Source: Paramoeba atlantica
Lineage: Eukaryota; Protista; Discosea
Direction of reading: 5' to 3'
Assembly (NCBI GenBank): GCA_977017575.1
Contig: CDRNVI010000045.1
Location: 124,001-188,000, forward strand
DNA: 64,000 nt
Shown: positions 19,750 through 30,744 of the stretch, piece by piece
How positions within the stretch are numbered: the stretch's first letter is position 1
Layout of the letters: every line of letters starts with the position of its first letter
The notes under the pieces: generated by a model
What the model was told of the DNA's origin: nothing
Seen by the model: the letters and a program-made list of their open reading frames with translations, nothing else
Databases searched by the model: none
Position numbers and translations under genes: made by a program

Positions 19750-20855
19750 TATTGCGGTGGTTGTAAAACTACCGCTCTACACTCGATTATTGAAAAAAAA
19801 GTGAACAAAAACAGTGAAAATATAAAGGGGAACAAAGTAATATAATAGAAGAAAAAATATAAAAGGGGGCTCCGGTGGTCCAAAACTGAAAAAAAAATTT
19901 GAAAAAAATGGGGAGTCCAGGGGGGGAGTCCAGGGGGGGGGGTCCAGGAGGGGGGGCATGGTCGAGCAAATTTTTTCGAAAAAATTAGTTTTCGGCGGGT
20001 CCGCCAAGTTCGGATTTTTTCGGAAAAATTTTTTTGAAAAAAATTTCAACTTGGCGAAAAAAATGACAAAAAAAATATTTTTCCAAAATCGTTTCCCCTA
20101 TTGTATTTTGATAGTTTGGGACCTACACTAGCTTTCTACGCAGTTGTTTTCGCAAGGTATCACTTCTTCGAACTGTGGTGCGCCCCCCAAAATGACCCAT
20201 TTTTGACTAAAAAAGGTGGAAAAGTATTTTTCGGACCTAAAGGGGCATTTTTGTGTCGAAAGAATGGTATGGTTGGAGTCGCATTCTCTACCCAATACGT
20301 TCGGTAGGCTTTCATTCATGCCTACGAGTGATTTCCCACGCGCAAATATCGGATTTAGTGCTCTGATAGGAAAAATACGCGAAAATCACCCCATTTTTAC
20401 CCGAAATTCGGCTATTTTGGGCTATAATCTTTCCGTTTTCCAGGCTAAATTTTCTTTTTTAGGCTCTTCGTTAAACGCGGCGGTAGTTTTCAACGCGAAG
20501 CGCGCAGCATGAGTGACTTCTAAGTTGAAAGCAACCACCGCGTTTAACGAAGAGCCTAAAATTCTTAATTAATGTTTTCACGGTAACTGAGGTCCAAAAC
20601 TCTTAAAATACGTTTTAGGAGTCGATTTTGGAAAAATAAATTTTTACTTTTTTTCGGGCCAAAAACAATTATTTTTGGTCACCCCAAAAATTTCGGAAAT
20701 TTTGACCTTGTCGGAACCCTCCTGACCACCGGAGCCCCCTTTTATATTTTTTTCTTCTATTATATTACTGTGTTTCTCTTTATATTTTCACTGTTTTTGT
20801 TCACTTTTTTTTCAATAATCGAGGGTAGAGCGGTAGTTATACAACCACCGCAATA
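19750..20855. mobile_element. Foldback-like non-autonomous element with long (about 300 bp) imperfect TIRs
   Basis: TATTGCGGTGGTTGTAAAACTACCGCTCTAC at the left end and GTAGAGCGGTAGTTATACAACCACCGCAATA at the right end; the arms are mutually inverted; the centre holds the body and the 100-bp palindrome. Confidence 0.75.
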
Positions 20856-21049
20856 CTTTATACCAGACCAATGATCGGCAAAGGCCACATGTCTTCCCAC
20901 GCCTCTGTGTAAAACGATCACAATGAAAATATATAGAACTCCGGTTCTGTTGAAATTATATTTCCGTCCCCCTACAACCTGTTCCACGCAAATCGTTGGA
21001 TCACAACCTGTTGGATCACAACCTGTTCCACGCAAATCGTAATATCCCA

Positions 21050-21968
21050 CTACTGATGTACAAATAGCGTTGAGTCAATATTTGTCTCTTCCACGCTTAC
21101 TGTGAATAATTTCTGGGGCATAATCGATTTGTCAAGGACACCTTCAAGCTCAGGATTACCGAAAAGATGGATGACTGTGATTCTAGGGGGAAGATTATCA
21201 AAACAGACCTCGCCAGAAAAACAATTGTTTTTTAGCCGTCCGGTGAATGAGTTGTCTGATAAATGCAAATTGAACATTCTATGGGGCCAACAAGAAAGAT
21301 CAACAGCGCCAAAAAGCAGATTGTTGTTTAGCTTCAAATTTTCCATTTCCGATGGCAAGTGAGTAAGGTCGACGTTTCCTTCAAACAAATTACAACCAAG
21401 TGAGTGTTATTAATGTTTGCGGTAAATGCGCTAATTCCAACTTTCCAGAAAATCTGTTCTCCTCGAGATTAAGAGTCACAAGTTCATGTGGAAGCGAGTC
21501 TAGAGGTACAGTACCGTTCAATTCATTTCTCGCAAAGATAATCGTCTGCAATGTGCGGGGTAGCCAATCAAAATTGAGCGACCACTTCAACTTCCAATAT
21601 TCGATGTGTATGCTCGAGACGCTCTTGCCATACTGACAGGTCACACCCGTCCACCGGCACGCCCATGTTGATGCCTTCCACGAGTGATGCGGTTTGTCTA
21701 TGTTTCCGAAAAGCCGTACGAGCTCATGTTCCTGTGGTAAGTTTATCCCGCTTCGAACTCTACCAGGGCGTCCACGCTCTAAATTCACAGACACGTCGGA
21801 CCTGTAGCAGAGACGAAGTAACAGGCAATCATTCATAAACGAGAACTGGGAAAATACTTCCAGAGATATTGAAAATGTCTTAGAAATATAGTATAGGTAT
21901 ACTTCCTTAGAAATGGAATGAAAAGTAAATTGAAAACTGAATGTCTCAGAAATAACTTTGTAAGTCAT
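21050..21968 (-). pseudogene. Frameshifted LRR gene of the same family
   Basis: ORFs 21390-21968 (LPQEHEL..CRWTGVTC) and 21050-21388 (LP..L..L.L..N.F.G) abut in different frames. A short tandem duplication at 20975-21040 lies just downstream of the 3' end. Confidence 0.7.
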
Positions 21969-22239
21969 TGTCAGTGTTTGGACTATTATTGTAGGAAAGA
22001 GGCAGAGGTAAATTGATTAATGTGTAAGTGACGCTTTGGAATCGGTACCCAATTTTCCTAACCACTGTTTGAATCGTTTTCTATAAGGTTCATATATAAG
22101 ATACACGTATGTACGTCTGCGAGAGCTCTCCAATGCGCTATTGCTTTCCAAACTTGGATATTTTTACCAACACTAGACTACCCAACAACTTCCTTGTAGA
22201 CCCCCCGGAGGATATTCTTCTCCGAGAGCAGCTCTGCTC

Positions 22240-25200
22240 CTATTTTCGTATCGAATGTTCCACCGTGCATCTTAACAGTGCATTTCCTAAATAATCACAG
22301 AATTCCATGGCGTGTTTCCCATCCAAAGGGTCGAATTTCAAAGAAACGGGTGGGGATTTTCGATCCGTTTCGACTTTCTGTGTTTGATGAAAGCTACGCT
22401 CCGTTTTCTTCCCCTCGGATGATTTGTCATCGTTTGCTTTCAGTTCCTCGTGGTGAGAAAAATATGAAGCTGCGGTCCTTAATGGGTGAAACTCTGGGAG
22501 GGCTTCGACAAGAGACGGGATGCAGCGTTCCATAACATGTCGCAGGACAGGAATAATAACCGTCAACGTGTCCTTCTCTTCTTTGAGAAAAACATTAAGG
22601 ACGCGCAGGGCCTGGGTGTAGGGGTAGATGAACTCTGCGTTACGCTCCGTTTCAGATGATGTAACGCAACAACAGGTGACTGCATTTTGATCGAATTTGG
22701 TTGCTGCCAACCATTGATCTTGTGTCTGGACTTGTTCCTGTTTCTCCGTGGTTGTTGCTGGGGTCGAAGCGTGTCGTAACAGTCTTGTCAGCACAATGTT
22801 GTAAAGGGTGACACGGTAGCCCGACTCGCAAGGTGGAAGCTGATCTCGATCCTCCGGGGATCTTTCGCGTGACACATTGCGCTCAACAGTTTCTTGCGGG
22901 ATTTTGGGAACCAAGGATCCTGTCTGACTGCTCTGTATTGTGCTTCGTAACCGCTTTTGCAACACGTGGAGAGACGTGCACCAGCACGATTGAGAACGTC
23001 CAAGCAAGGCAAGCAGTGAGGCAGCTTCACGATCTGTGAGTGTGGATCCGTATTTAAGGAGGAGAGGGCGCAGAAGTTCTGATTTTCGTGCCTCGGCAAG
23101 TGAGTAAAACAGAGCAGCACACGGAATGGCATTGTAATGTGCCAGCCCTCCATTAATATCATTAGAGTTCTTTGTTGTGGGCTTTTGTTGATACGTAGTT
23201 GGTGTACCTTGACCTCCGCATTGTTCGGCATACAACCGCAGTGCGATCTCCCATTTCCGCGCTCGTCTCATCTCACGAATTAGATTGTGATAAATGCGGA
23301 TATTTAAGCGTCTTGGTGGAACAAGGCAATGGTGAGTTTCCGTCCCCGATAAGGCCTCCGCGTAAATGCTGTTTTGCCGTTGAGCTGTATCTACATAGAG
23401 CATACAGGCAAGACTCCATGGAGGCGTACGTTCTTTGTAGCGACCTCGACTCATGGTGACTTCACGGGAAACGGGCGGAGTTTTTCTAGACAGAGAGAAA
23501 ACGTTCAGCACACCATCCAGTAAATGAACAAGGGCGTTCTGATATTGCAAGGCTATGGGTTGATTTGGGAACACCAGAGACCGTGGTGTATTGTCCGTGG
23601 AAAGAATATCCAATGTATCGCCCCTGTTTGTGGCAGGTTCACAAGTTTCGTCCCTGCCTGACGAAGAGCCATGTTTAACAGAATACGTGGGTGTCGCCTC
23701 AAAATCTTTACTAATTCGGCGAAAATGGTGTAGAAAATGTTGCAGCAGCGCAAGATGAGCAGGCCACGTGGAGTGTGGACGTTCCCGTACAGCATTGTAC
23801 ACGGAGACGATTAAGAACTCTTCCAAAGCGACAGCTTGCGTATTACCCATTCGTGAGGAGCACCGTCGAAACAGGTCATCCCAGAAGGTTAAAAGGGATT
23901 GCTCAAGATTTACGACGTAGGGTGGGTAAGTCTCCCGCCGGGTTCCAAAGCCGTCCCACGGCGTAGAAGTTTGATAAGTGGTATTGGGTACCGCGTCCCA
24001 TGATGCTGGAGCATGTTCCATGTACGCGGCTCGCTGATAGTCATGTTGTGCCATGAGTGCGTTAATAACGCTGACAAAGGGAGTTAAAGGTGGTCGGCTA
24101 AAAGAACGACTCTGGCTACTCGACGTGTCCTCCCGAGTCTCGGGATCCCATAGCAAAGATAAATTATGCTCTCGCGCGTGGGCATATACTGTCAGCACGG
24201 CGTACCAGGTAGTATGCGGAAAGTACATGCGACCCCAATTCTGTAGCAGCAGCGCTGTAAAACCATTTCGAACCGCGGGAACACAGTACGGCGAGAGGTA
24301 TAATTTCAGCGCAACATGCCAACTTGGACAACTCCTGCTCGATACCGCCCACTCCCTTCGGAAATCACGCCCCTGTTGGTATTGCACCGTGCTCTTCTCC
24401 CTAATCCCCTGCTCAATCTTCTCCGCCATCTCCGCCGCACCCCTCGCAGGGGTCGTTAACCCCATCAAGCACCGTCGTAACAACCGCCCATGGGTATTCC
24501 ACCCCTTCTCTACCTCCTGTTGCGTCCCCATATGCGACGTGAACAACGCCACCGCATACCTCCACAACGGTGGAAGTTGCGGCAGCGGGTCCGCCATCCC
24601 CGCTCCCCCCACCCCTCCCCCATACCCCCTCCGTCCACCCCCCTCCCCCCTGCCTTCTCCCCCCCCTCCCCCCTCCCCCCGCTCCGTGGCCTCCCACAAC
24701 CTCAACAGCGAGGCCCCGGGGGAGGGGGTCCGGCCCACCGTCGCCATCACCTCTCCCCAGCTCACCCCTGCGGACCACACCAGCAGGTAGTCCATACACA
24801 GCAGCGCGTACCCCGCGAGCGTGGGGGAGTAGGTGGGGTAGTGAGGAGTAGTCGTAGTCGTCGTAGTAGTAGTAGTAGTCGTGGTCGTAGTCGTAGTACG
24901 CGTAGTATCACGATCACCACCACCACTACTACTACCACTACTACTACGACTACCCCCACCCCCACCACTCCCTGCGGCTCGTGGGTTACGGTACCGTTGC
25001 AGGATACAGTGGGCGATGTGGCGCGCGGGGCCTGGGGCGTGGGGCCGGGCGGTGGCACAGAGCGCCAGGGCGGCGCGGGGGCCGGAGAGGGAGGAGCGCC
25101 AGGGGGCGGTGCGGGGGTGGTGGAGGTAGAGCGCGAGGGCGTGGAGCCAGGAGGGGGGGGTAGAGGAGGGGGGGGCGGGGGAGGAAGGGGGGGTGGAGGG

Positions 25201-26067
25201 AGAGGAGGGCATTGTAGAGGAGAAGGTGAAGAGAGAGGCTGAAGTAGAGGGAGAGGCTGTGGAGGGAGAGGCCGTGGAGGGAGAGGCCGTGGAGGGAGAG
25301 GCCGTGGAGGGAGAGGCTGTGGAGGGAGAGGCTGTAGAGGGAGAGGCTGTGGAGGGAGAGGCTGTGGAGGGAGAGGCAGTAGGGGAAGGCATTGTAGAGG
25401 AAAAGGTAGATGGAGAGGCATTCGAGGGAGAGGAAGTAGAGGGAGAGGCATTCGAGGGAGAGGGAGTAGAGGGAGAGTCTGGCGTAGTAGTAACGGTTGT
25501 GGTAGAGGGGTAGAAGGGGTGGGAGGGGGGGAGGAGGGCACGGGAGAGGTAGGGGAGGGGGTTAAGAGGGGGGAGGGGGGTGTCTGGGGTGTTGGTGGTG
25601 GAGAGGGTGGTGGAGAGGTTGGGGGGAGTGGAAGGGGGAGAGGAGAAAAAGGGCGGGGCGTTGGTGTCGGTTAAGGGTAGGGTGGTGGGTACAACGGCTG
25701 GGGTGAAAGAGGAAGCGGTAGAGGAGGGGAAGGAAGATGGAGTGAGATGGAGGGGAGACTCTGGGAGTTCAGTGTTGGGTTGGTTGAGGATTCGGACTTC
25801 GTCGTGTCCTTTGAGGTCTTGGACAATGGATTCGGAGGAGAAGTCGGATATGGTATCGGATTCCAATTCGACTTTCGAACTTTCCTCGTTGGCGTGGTCT
25901 CTATTTGAAAAGTTTCGTACTCTGTTCAGCAATTCGTTGAAGGACATGGACTTGACTTTCTTCAAATCGTTTTCCTGAGTTGTTGTTAAGGTTTCGTCAA
26001 ACTTTTCTAGCCAGTCATCCTCATTATAGAGAGTCGGAAGAAAGCGTAGAAGAGTGCGCGGGAACAT
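22240..26067 (-). CDS. Large helical-repeat (PPR-like) protein with low-complexity inserts, possibly mitochondrial
   Basis: 1275 aa; N-terminus MFPRTLLRFLPT resembles a presequence; PPR-like segments IRIYHNLIREMRRARKWEIALRLY and VTLYNIVLTRLL. Confidence 0.55.
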   Translation of the reverse strand: MFPRTLLRFLPTLYNEDDWLEKFDETLTTTQENDLKKVKSMSFNELLNRVRNFSNRDHANEESSKVELESDTISDFSSESIVQDLKGHDEVRILNQPNTELPESPLHLTPSSFPSSTASSFTPAVVPTTLPLTDTNAPPFFSSPPSTPPNLSTTLSTTNTPDTPLPPLNPLPYLSRALLPPSHPFYPSTTTVTTTPDSPSTPSPSNASPSTSSPSNASPSTFSSTMPSPTASPSTASPSTASPSTASPSTASPSTASPSTASPSTASPSTASPSTSASLFTFSSTMPSSPSTPPSSPAPPSSTPPSWLHALALYLHHPRTAPWRSSLSGPRAALALCATARPHAPGPARHIAHCILQRYRNPRAAGSGGGGGSRSSSGSSSGGGDRDTTRTTTTTTTTTTTTTTTTTPHYPTYSPTLAGYALLCMDYLLVWSAGVSWGEVMATVGRTPSPGASLLRLWEATERGEGGGGGEGRGEGGGRRGYGGGVGGAGMADPLPQLPPLWRYAVALFTSHMGTQQEVEKGWNTHGRLLRRCLMGLTTPARGAAEMAEKIEQGIREKSTVQYQQGRDFRREWAVSSRSCPSWHVALKLYLSPYCVPAVRNGFTALLLQNWGRMYFPHTTWYAVLTVYAHAREHNLSLLWDPETREDTSSSQSRSFSRPPLTPFVSVINALMAQHDYQRAAYMEHAPASWDAVPNTTYQTSTPWDGFGTRRETYPPYVVNLEQSLLTFWDDLFRRCSSRMGNTQAVALEEFLIVSVYNAVRERPHSTWPAHLALLQHFLHHFRRISKDFEATPTYSVKHGSSSGRDETCEPATNRGDTLDILSTDNTPRSLVFPNQPIALQYQNALVHLLDGVLNVFSLSRKTPPVSREVTMSRGRYKERTPPWSLACMLYVDTAQRQNSIYAEALSGTETHHCLVPPRRLNIRIYHNLIREMRRARKWEIALRLYAEQCGGQGTPTTYQQKPTTKNSNDINGGLAHYNAIPCAALFYSLAEARKSELLRPLLLKYGSTLTDREAASLLALLGRSQSCWCTSLHVLQKRLRSTIQSSQTGSLVPKIPQETVERNVSRERSPEDRDQLPPCESGYRVTLYNIVLTRLLRHASTPATTTEKQEQVQTQDQWLAATKFDQNAVTCCCVTSSETERNAEFIYPYTQALRVLNVFLKEEKDTLTVIIPVLRHVMERCIPSLVEALPEFHPLRTAASYFSHHEELKANDDKSSEGKKTERSFHQTQKVETDRKSPPVSLKFDPLDGKHAMEFCDYLGNALLRCTVEHSIRK
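25246..25382 (-). repeat. 15-bp coding tandem repeat, about 9 copies, encoding (TASPS)n
   Basis: GAGGGAGAGGC(T/C)GT(G/A) units on the plus strand. Confidence 0.9.
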
Positions 26068-26438
26068 GCCAAAGGTTCAGAAGGTCGGTGATGAGTTAAA
26101 TAGTATAACCCGACAGAACGATGGGAGTAGTGGCAAGAAAATCGAAGGTTTGATATTTCTGATGGCTGAGCGTCAAACGCCGGCTACAAAATCTCCAGAC
26201 CTGTCGTGTAGTCATCATAAGTTCTACTTACCGAAGGTCATGACTTCTGAAGGTGTCATAGCAAAGAAATGTGGAATAAATGCAATGAAGTTTCATTTAC
26301 TGTAACTGAAATTAGAGCACACTCATCTTGACATCAATATAGGCAAAGCGTAAAAAACATGCCAATAGATTTATGGTACGTGTATAAAGTGTGGCTCAAC
26401 TATTAAATCAAGAGAGGAATACAACAAAGAACATTGTG

Positions 26439-28736
26439 CTATGCACAGTCCCTCGCGCTCAAAGGTGGAGTGAGGTCATCTGAAGTGTCTGTCCTCGATA
26501 TGATATGCCGAAGAGAAAATAATGAAGCTTCTTTAGAGGGTCGATCTGTACGAAATCCCCACACTTCTTGCGACAGGGTGGGGTCCAAACTATTCACAAT
26601 TTCCATGGCTCTCTTGACCAGTCCCGGTCGGGTGGTGTACAGCTCTGTACACTGCCTATGTTTGGAAAGAATCGATAGAAACAACGGAAACGCGGCCTGT
26701 AGCTCCATCAGCCACTCCCGCACCAGAAATAGTGAAAGGTACATAACCAGGGGAATGCAAAACAGCACTGTCAATGCGGTATCCATCCCATGTAGGCGCC
26801 ACGCCACCAAGGAAGGCACTACACACACCAGTGGAAACAGAAAGAACCCAATGATCAGCTTATACGTCGCCTTGACATCCTTTCCAAACAGTTTCAAATT
26901 ACTGCTCGCCTTTGCCTGCTGCGCGTGGTGCTCAGCCATCGTAGACGCTACATACCCCAGTGGGAGTCCTAGCACGGCAAACGGAAGCAGCAGCGTCCCC
27001 ATCACCAGTAACAGCAACACACGACGGAGTAGAATCCGAAATGTGGGCTTCTGCTTCAGTCCCTCAAGCGTCGGGACTTGGCTATCCTTTACAAACAACG
27101 CAGCACACTTGGAGGTGTACGCCTCGACGTCGACACGAAACTGTTTCAGCGCTGTATGCTCGGGGTGGTTCTCTACTAACCGACTAAGGTGCCGGAACAG
27201 TTTTAAATACTGCTCCGCGGGGAGTGTCATACGAAGCGGTTGGTACAGCCGTCGCAGACTGTGAATAAACCGCAGCGTGTCCATATCCGGTGCATTTAAC
27301 GTCACCGTACGTAACGCCGTAGAGAGCTGTCTCAACAGTTTCTCCGTGGTCCCCTTACGATCCTCTGCATATGCCGCACTAAGCTGCGACGTCACGCGGA
27401 TCGGTTTACCAAACTCCACATGGACGACGGAGCGAAACCGGTGACCGTAAAAGTACGTTAGCCCACACGGCACGAGGGTCGGAGGTACCCCTCGTTGCGC
27501 ACTCCCCAGGCTAAGCACCGCTACGCCACTTTTCAGCGGCAGCAGCGAGGGGCGGTCATGGGAGCCCCCCTCGGGGAAGATCCCAATCGCGTCGCCGCGC
27601 CCCAAGGTGTCGTAGACCTCAGCGTACATGGCGGAGTGGTCGGGGCGGACACTCGCGCGGTACGGGAGGCCGTTGCCGTTGGGGCTGAGCCCAATACGGA
27701 GGTCCGGGGGGAGGCCGGGGTAGGGGGAGTGGAGAATCACAGTCTCGTCGGAGACAACGGACTGGATTTGAACACTCACGGGGGGCGCCTCGTGGGGGAG
27801 AGTCCACGTACGAGGGGTGGAGGGGGTGGGGAGAGACGCCTTTGGGGTGGAGGAAAGGGTCACACTCCGTCCCTCAGCGCTTCCCCCCTCGTCGGGTGGG
27901 GACACTTCCTGGTACACCGCATCGTAGTGTTCCGAGGGTTGGGAGTTGCGCATGCGGCGTACCTCGGGAAGCCACAGTGTCGTGCCTGGGGGGTACTGGG
28001 TAAAGCGGGTGTGTTTCCCCACCAGCATGTTTCCGTGACGGAGCTCTACTACACGTCCCGCCCCCTCCAGGGGTTCAACATCCTGGGGACGACTCACGGG
28101 GACACACTCCATGAGTGTGGAAAAGAACGCGATGAGTCGTCGACGCAGACTCTTGGCGGCGATAATAAATCGCACCCTACGGCGGCAGGTGGAGCGCAGG
28201 ATTAACGCATCGATAAATTGGTTGTTATGGTTGCCGTAGAACACGACGGGGCCGGTCGAGGGAATGTGTTCGCGACCCAGGACCACGACCTCACGGTAGA
28301 AGATGTGGACGAGAATCCAAAACAGGGCGTCCATCAGGGGCACGAGTACGTAACGCTGGAAGATGCTGAGAGGTGGGAGCTGCGAAGCGGGTGGAGAGGG
28401 TACCTGCGTTGGCGGGGTTTCTCGGAACCGAGCGGATCGGGGTGTATGGATTGGGTTCCGCGGTGTGTTGTTCGAACTAGAGGCTCCGCGGGGAGTAGAG
28501 TACGGGGAAAACGGTTTGCCACGAGGTGTCGAGGATGTTGAGAGGAGGTTAGACTGAGAAGCAGAAGCTCGGTGAACGGAAGAGGATGTCGGTACGTGTT
28601 TCGAGGCAGTACTACGGTTCGCTGGAGTGGGTATAGCACGTTTCACGGAAGACTCGAGCTCCTTTGGTGCGGGCTTTGAATTGTCCTGGATGGTAGGCAT
28701 GGGGGTGTATGTAATGGGTACGTATAGTAGATGCAC
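26439..28736 (-). CDS. Glycerol-3-phosphate O-acyltransferase (Sct1/Gpt2-like)
   Basis: GNHNNQFIDALIL (HxxxxD), CVPVSRPQD, IGIFPEGGSHDRPSLLPLKSG; C-terminal transmembrane segments. Confidence 0.85.
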   Translation of the reverse strand: MHLLYVPITYTPMPTIQDNSKPAPKELESSVKRAIPTPANRSTASKHVPTSSSVHRASASQSNLLSTSSTPRGKPFSPYSTPRGASSSNNTPRNPIHTPRSARFRETPPTQVPSPPASQLPPLSIFQRYVLVPLMDALFWILVHIFYREVVVLGREHIPSTGPVVFYGNHNNQFIDALILRSTCRRRVRFIIAAKSLRRRLIAFFSTLMECVPVSRPQDVEPLEGAGRVVELRHGNMLVGKHTRFTQYPPGTTLWLPEVRRMRNSQPSEHYDAVYQEVSPPDEGGSAEGRSVTLSSTPKASLPTPSTPRTWTLPHEAPPVSVQIQSVVSDETVILHSPYPGLPPDLRIGLSPNGNGLPYRASVRPDHSAMYAEVYDTLGRGDAIGIFPEGGSHDRPSLLPLKSGVAVLSLGSAQRGVPPTLVPCGLTYFYGHRFRSVVHVEFGKPIRVTSQLSAAYAEDRKGTTEKLLRQLSTALRTVTLNAPDMDTLRFIHSLRRLYQPLRMTLPAEQYLKLFRHLSRLVENHPEHTALKQFRVDVEAYTSKCAALFVKDSQVPTLEGLKQKPTFRILLRRVLLLLVMGTLLLPFAVLGLPLGYVASTMAEHHAQQAKASSNLKLFGKDVKATYKLIIGFFLFPLVCVVPSLVAWRLHGMDTALTVLFCIPLVMYLSLFLVREWLMELQAAFPLFLSILSKHRQCTELYTTRPGLVKRAMEIVNSLDPTLSQEVWGFRTDRPSKEASLFSLRHIISRTDTSDDLTPPLSARDCA

Positions 28737-29254
28737 GCGAGAGGTCCATAAAAATGTATTGAAACGTTCACACTTAAACGGTTAAACCATCATTTTTAAT
28801 AACGTATTATTATAATATTAACCAAAAAAAAGTATAATTAATACTCTTTTTTGGTTAATTTTTTGGTTAATTCTAGGTTTTGGAGAATGATGAATAATTA
28901 TATTACTGTGGACCCCCACATGTATAGTGCCCCGTGGTAGCCCCCCATGAGGGTTGAAACTATTCCGGTACGCTCCGACCCATTCTTCAGTGTACCGTAT
29001 TTTAGGACGAGAGTTCGTTGATCTTTCAACGACCTGAACGCCCTTTCGTTGAATGTTCAACGAAAGGGCCAACTAGGGGTAATTTTTAAATGCGAACACC
29101 TGGTGGGTTTGCGACATTTGGTGTAGTCCACGTTTGCGACACTTGTTTACTTGTATGGATGGCAAGGTCCAACTGCAAGCGTAGCCCTCAAATGACAATT
29201 TTTTTGTCATCAGATTAAATCTTTCAAGTCGAGCGAATACGCCAAAGACATATA

Positions 29255-29350
29255 ACTCTGCGAGAGCCCTCCAATGCGCAATTATTTTACAAAATTGAGC
29301 AAATTTTACAATTCTAGACCCCCCCAGACGGAAATTTTCACCCTTTATAA
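29255..29350. mobile_element. Solo TIR remnant of the Tc1-type MITE family (a similar remnant lies at 22110-22200)
   Basis: CTCTGCGAGAGCCCTCCAATGCGCAATTATTTT...TAGACCCCCC resembles the right TIRs at 14540-14626 and 17645-17755. Confidence 0.55.
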
Positions 29351-29682
29351 GGCATGCCCAGCTCGAGACGGCGGTAACGACAATGAAAATTCGCTACAAC
29401 AAATACCGTATACCCCCCAGTAATAGAATCGAAGAAGCATTTGAAGAAGCATTGCCTCTGTTTTTGTCATCCCCCGAACCCATTAGCGCACGCCCCTACG
29501 GTACCAGTTTTGTACCGCGGCATGCGCTATCTGGGCGTTCCCCTTTTAGATGGCTACCCCGATTGCCATGATAATCGATTTTGGACCCACTGCCCCCCCC
29601 GTTTAAGCACACCTCGTTTTCCGTGAAAAGTGCGCTTAAACGAGGGGGTCTGAATCAGTACATAAAAACAATTTGTACATAA

Positions 29683-30091
29683 AAACACACGCTGGGAACG
29701 AATTACAGCTCCCACTCCATCAAACACGGAGCCATTCAGACATTAATGAAGCAGGTGGCGAAGGGGAATGTAACCTTAGATCAAGTAATGTCGCTAGAAA
29801 AGCACAAGCAGCTTCCTACCCTGCTGAGATATGCAGGGATGAACGAAACCACGGCGTTGGCCCTCGGAAGTCAGAAAATAACGAACCTCTTATAAGATCA
29901 TTAGAATTTCAAGGCGGGTACCTTGACATTACACGAAAATCACAGCTAACGCGAAGAAGAACGCTAACTCGTATGTACCGTCCTACGCAACTACCAACAT
30001 TCGAAGAAATGAAGACACTTCCGCTGCATGCTAAATCAGTGTCGCCGTTAAATATGCGCCAGCTAATTGGGCAAATGTTACAGCCAGTATT
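29683..30091 (+). pseudogene. VIPER/DIRS-like fragment: tyrosine recombinase C-terminus followed by the start of the RT ORF
   Basis: Frame 29683-29895 reads LGTNYSSHSIKHGAIQTL...VMSLEKHKQLPTLLRY (YR box II H, H and Y). The overlapping frame reads LPLHAKSVSPLNMRQLIGQM, interpreted as the RT N-terminus from the gag-YR-RT/RH order. Confidence 0.55.
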
Positions 30092-30449
30092 TTTTTTTCT
30101 TTTTTTTTTTGGTATACGAGTTGAAAACAAGCAATCAAATTAGCAATTCTTTTTTCTTTCCACAGATGTATCTTTTTTCTCAGCCCAAAACTAGCAATTT
30201 AGTCTCCCCTAAGTACATACTACAAACAAGAAAAACAGTAAAAATTAAAACAAGCAATACATTCCCAATCCATTCGCGCGTTCCGGACCGGGTCTTTCGA
30301 CCTCTCCACGGCCTGACTTGTGAACCCTTCCCTTGTTATATGGGAGGGCGCAGGCGCGGGCCTGTGTCGACAGCGACACGGTCACGAAACAGGATGCTGG
30401 CCGACGGGGAGGAGATTCACTACCCGTGTACTACCTCACTTGGGGTACC
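30092..30449 (-). mobile_element. Poly(A)-tailed retroposon of about 360 bp (SINE-like or 5'-truncated LINE) with a 43-bp target-site duplication
   Basis: Identical 43-mers at 30049-30091 and 30450-30492 flank a segment that begins with a T-run on the plus strand. Confidence 0.7.
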
Positions 30450-30744
30450 TAAATATGCGCCAGCTAATTGGGCAAATGTTACAGCCAGTATTATTTTTTT
30501 TTTTGCAATTAATAGGGGGGAAGAGTATGAGTTCTAACTTTCTATGAATGTACGGTATCACTTTCTTACTTACTTTCCTACTTACTTTACTTCGCCCTTA
30601 TCAACTTCGCCCGCTTCTCTCCCTTATCTCCACCCCCCAAAGAAATCATCCGCGACTTCCCGACTTCTCCCGCTTCTTCCCCCCCCCGAGCATCCATCCG
30701 CGCCTTCCAAACTTTGCCCTCCTCTTTCCCTCACTTCCCCCCCC

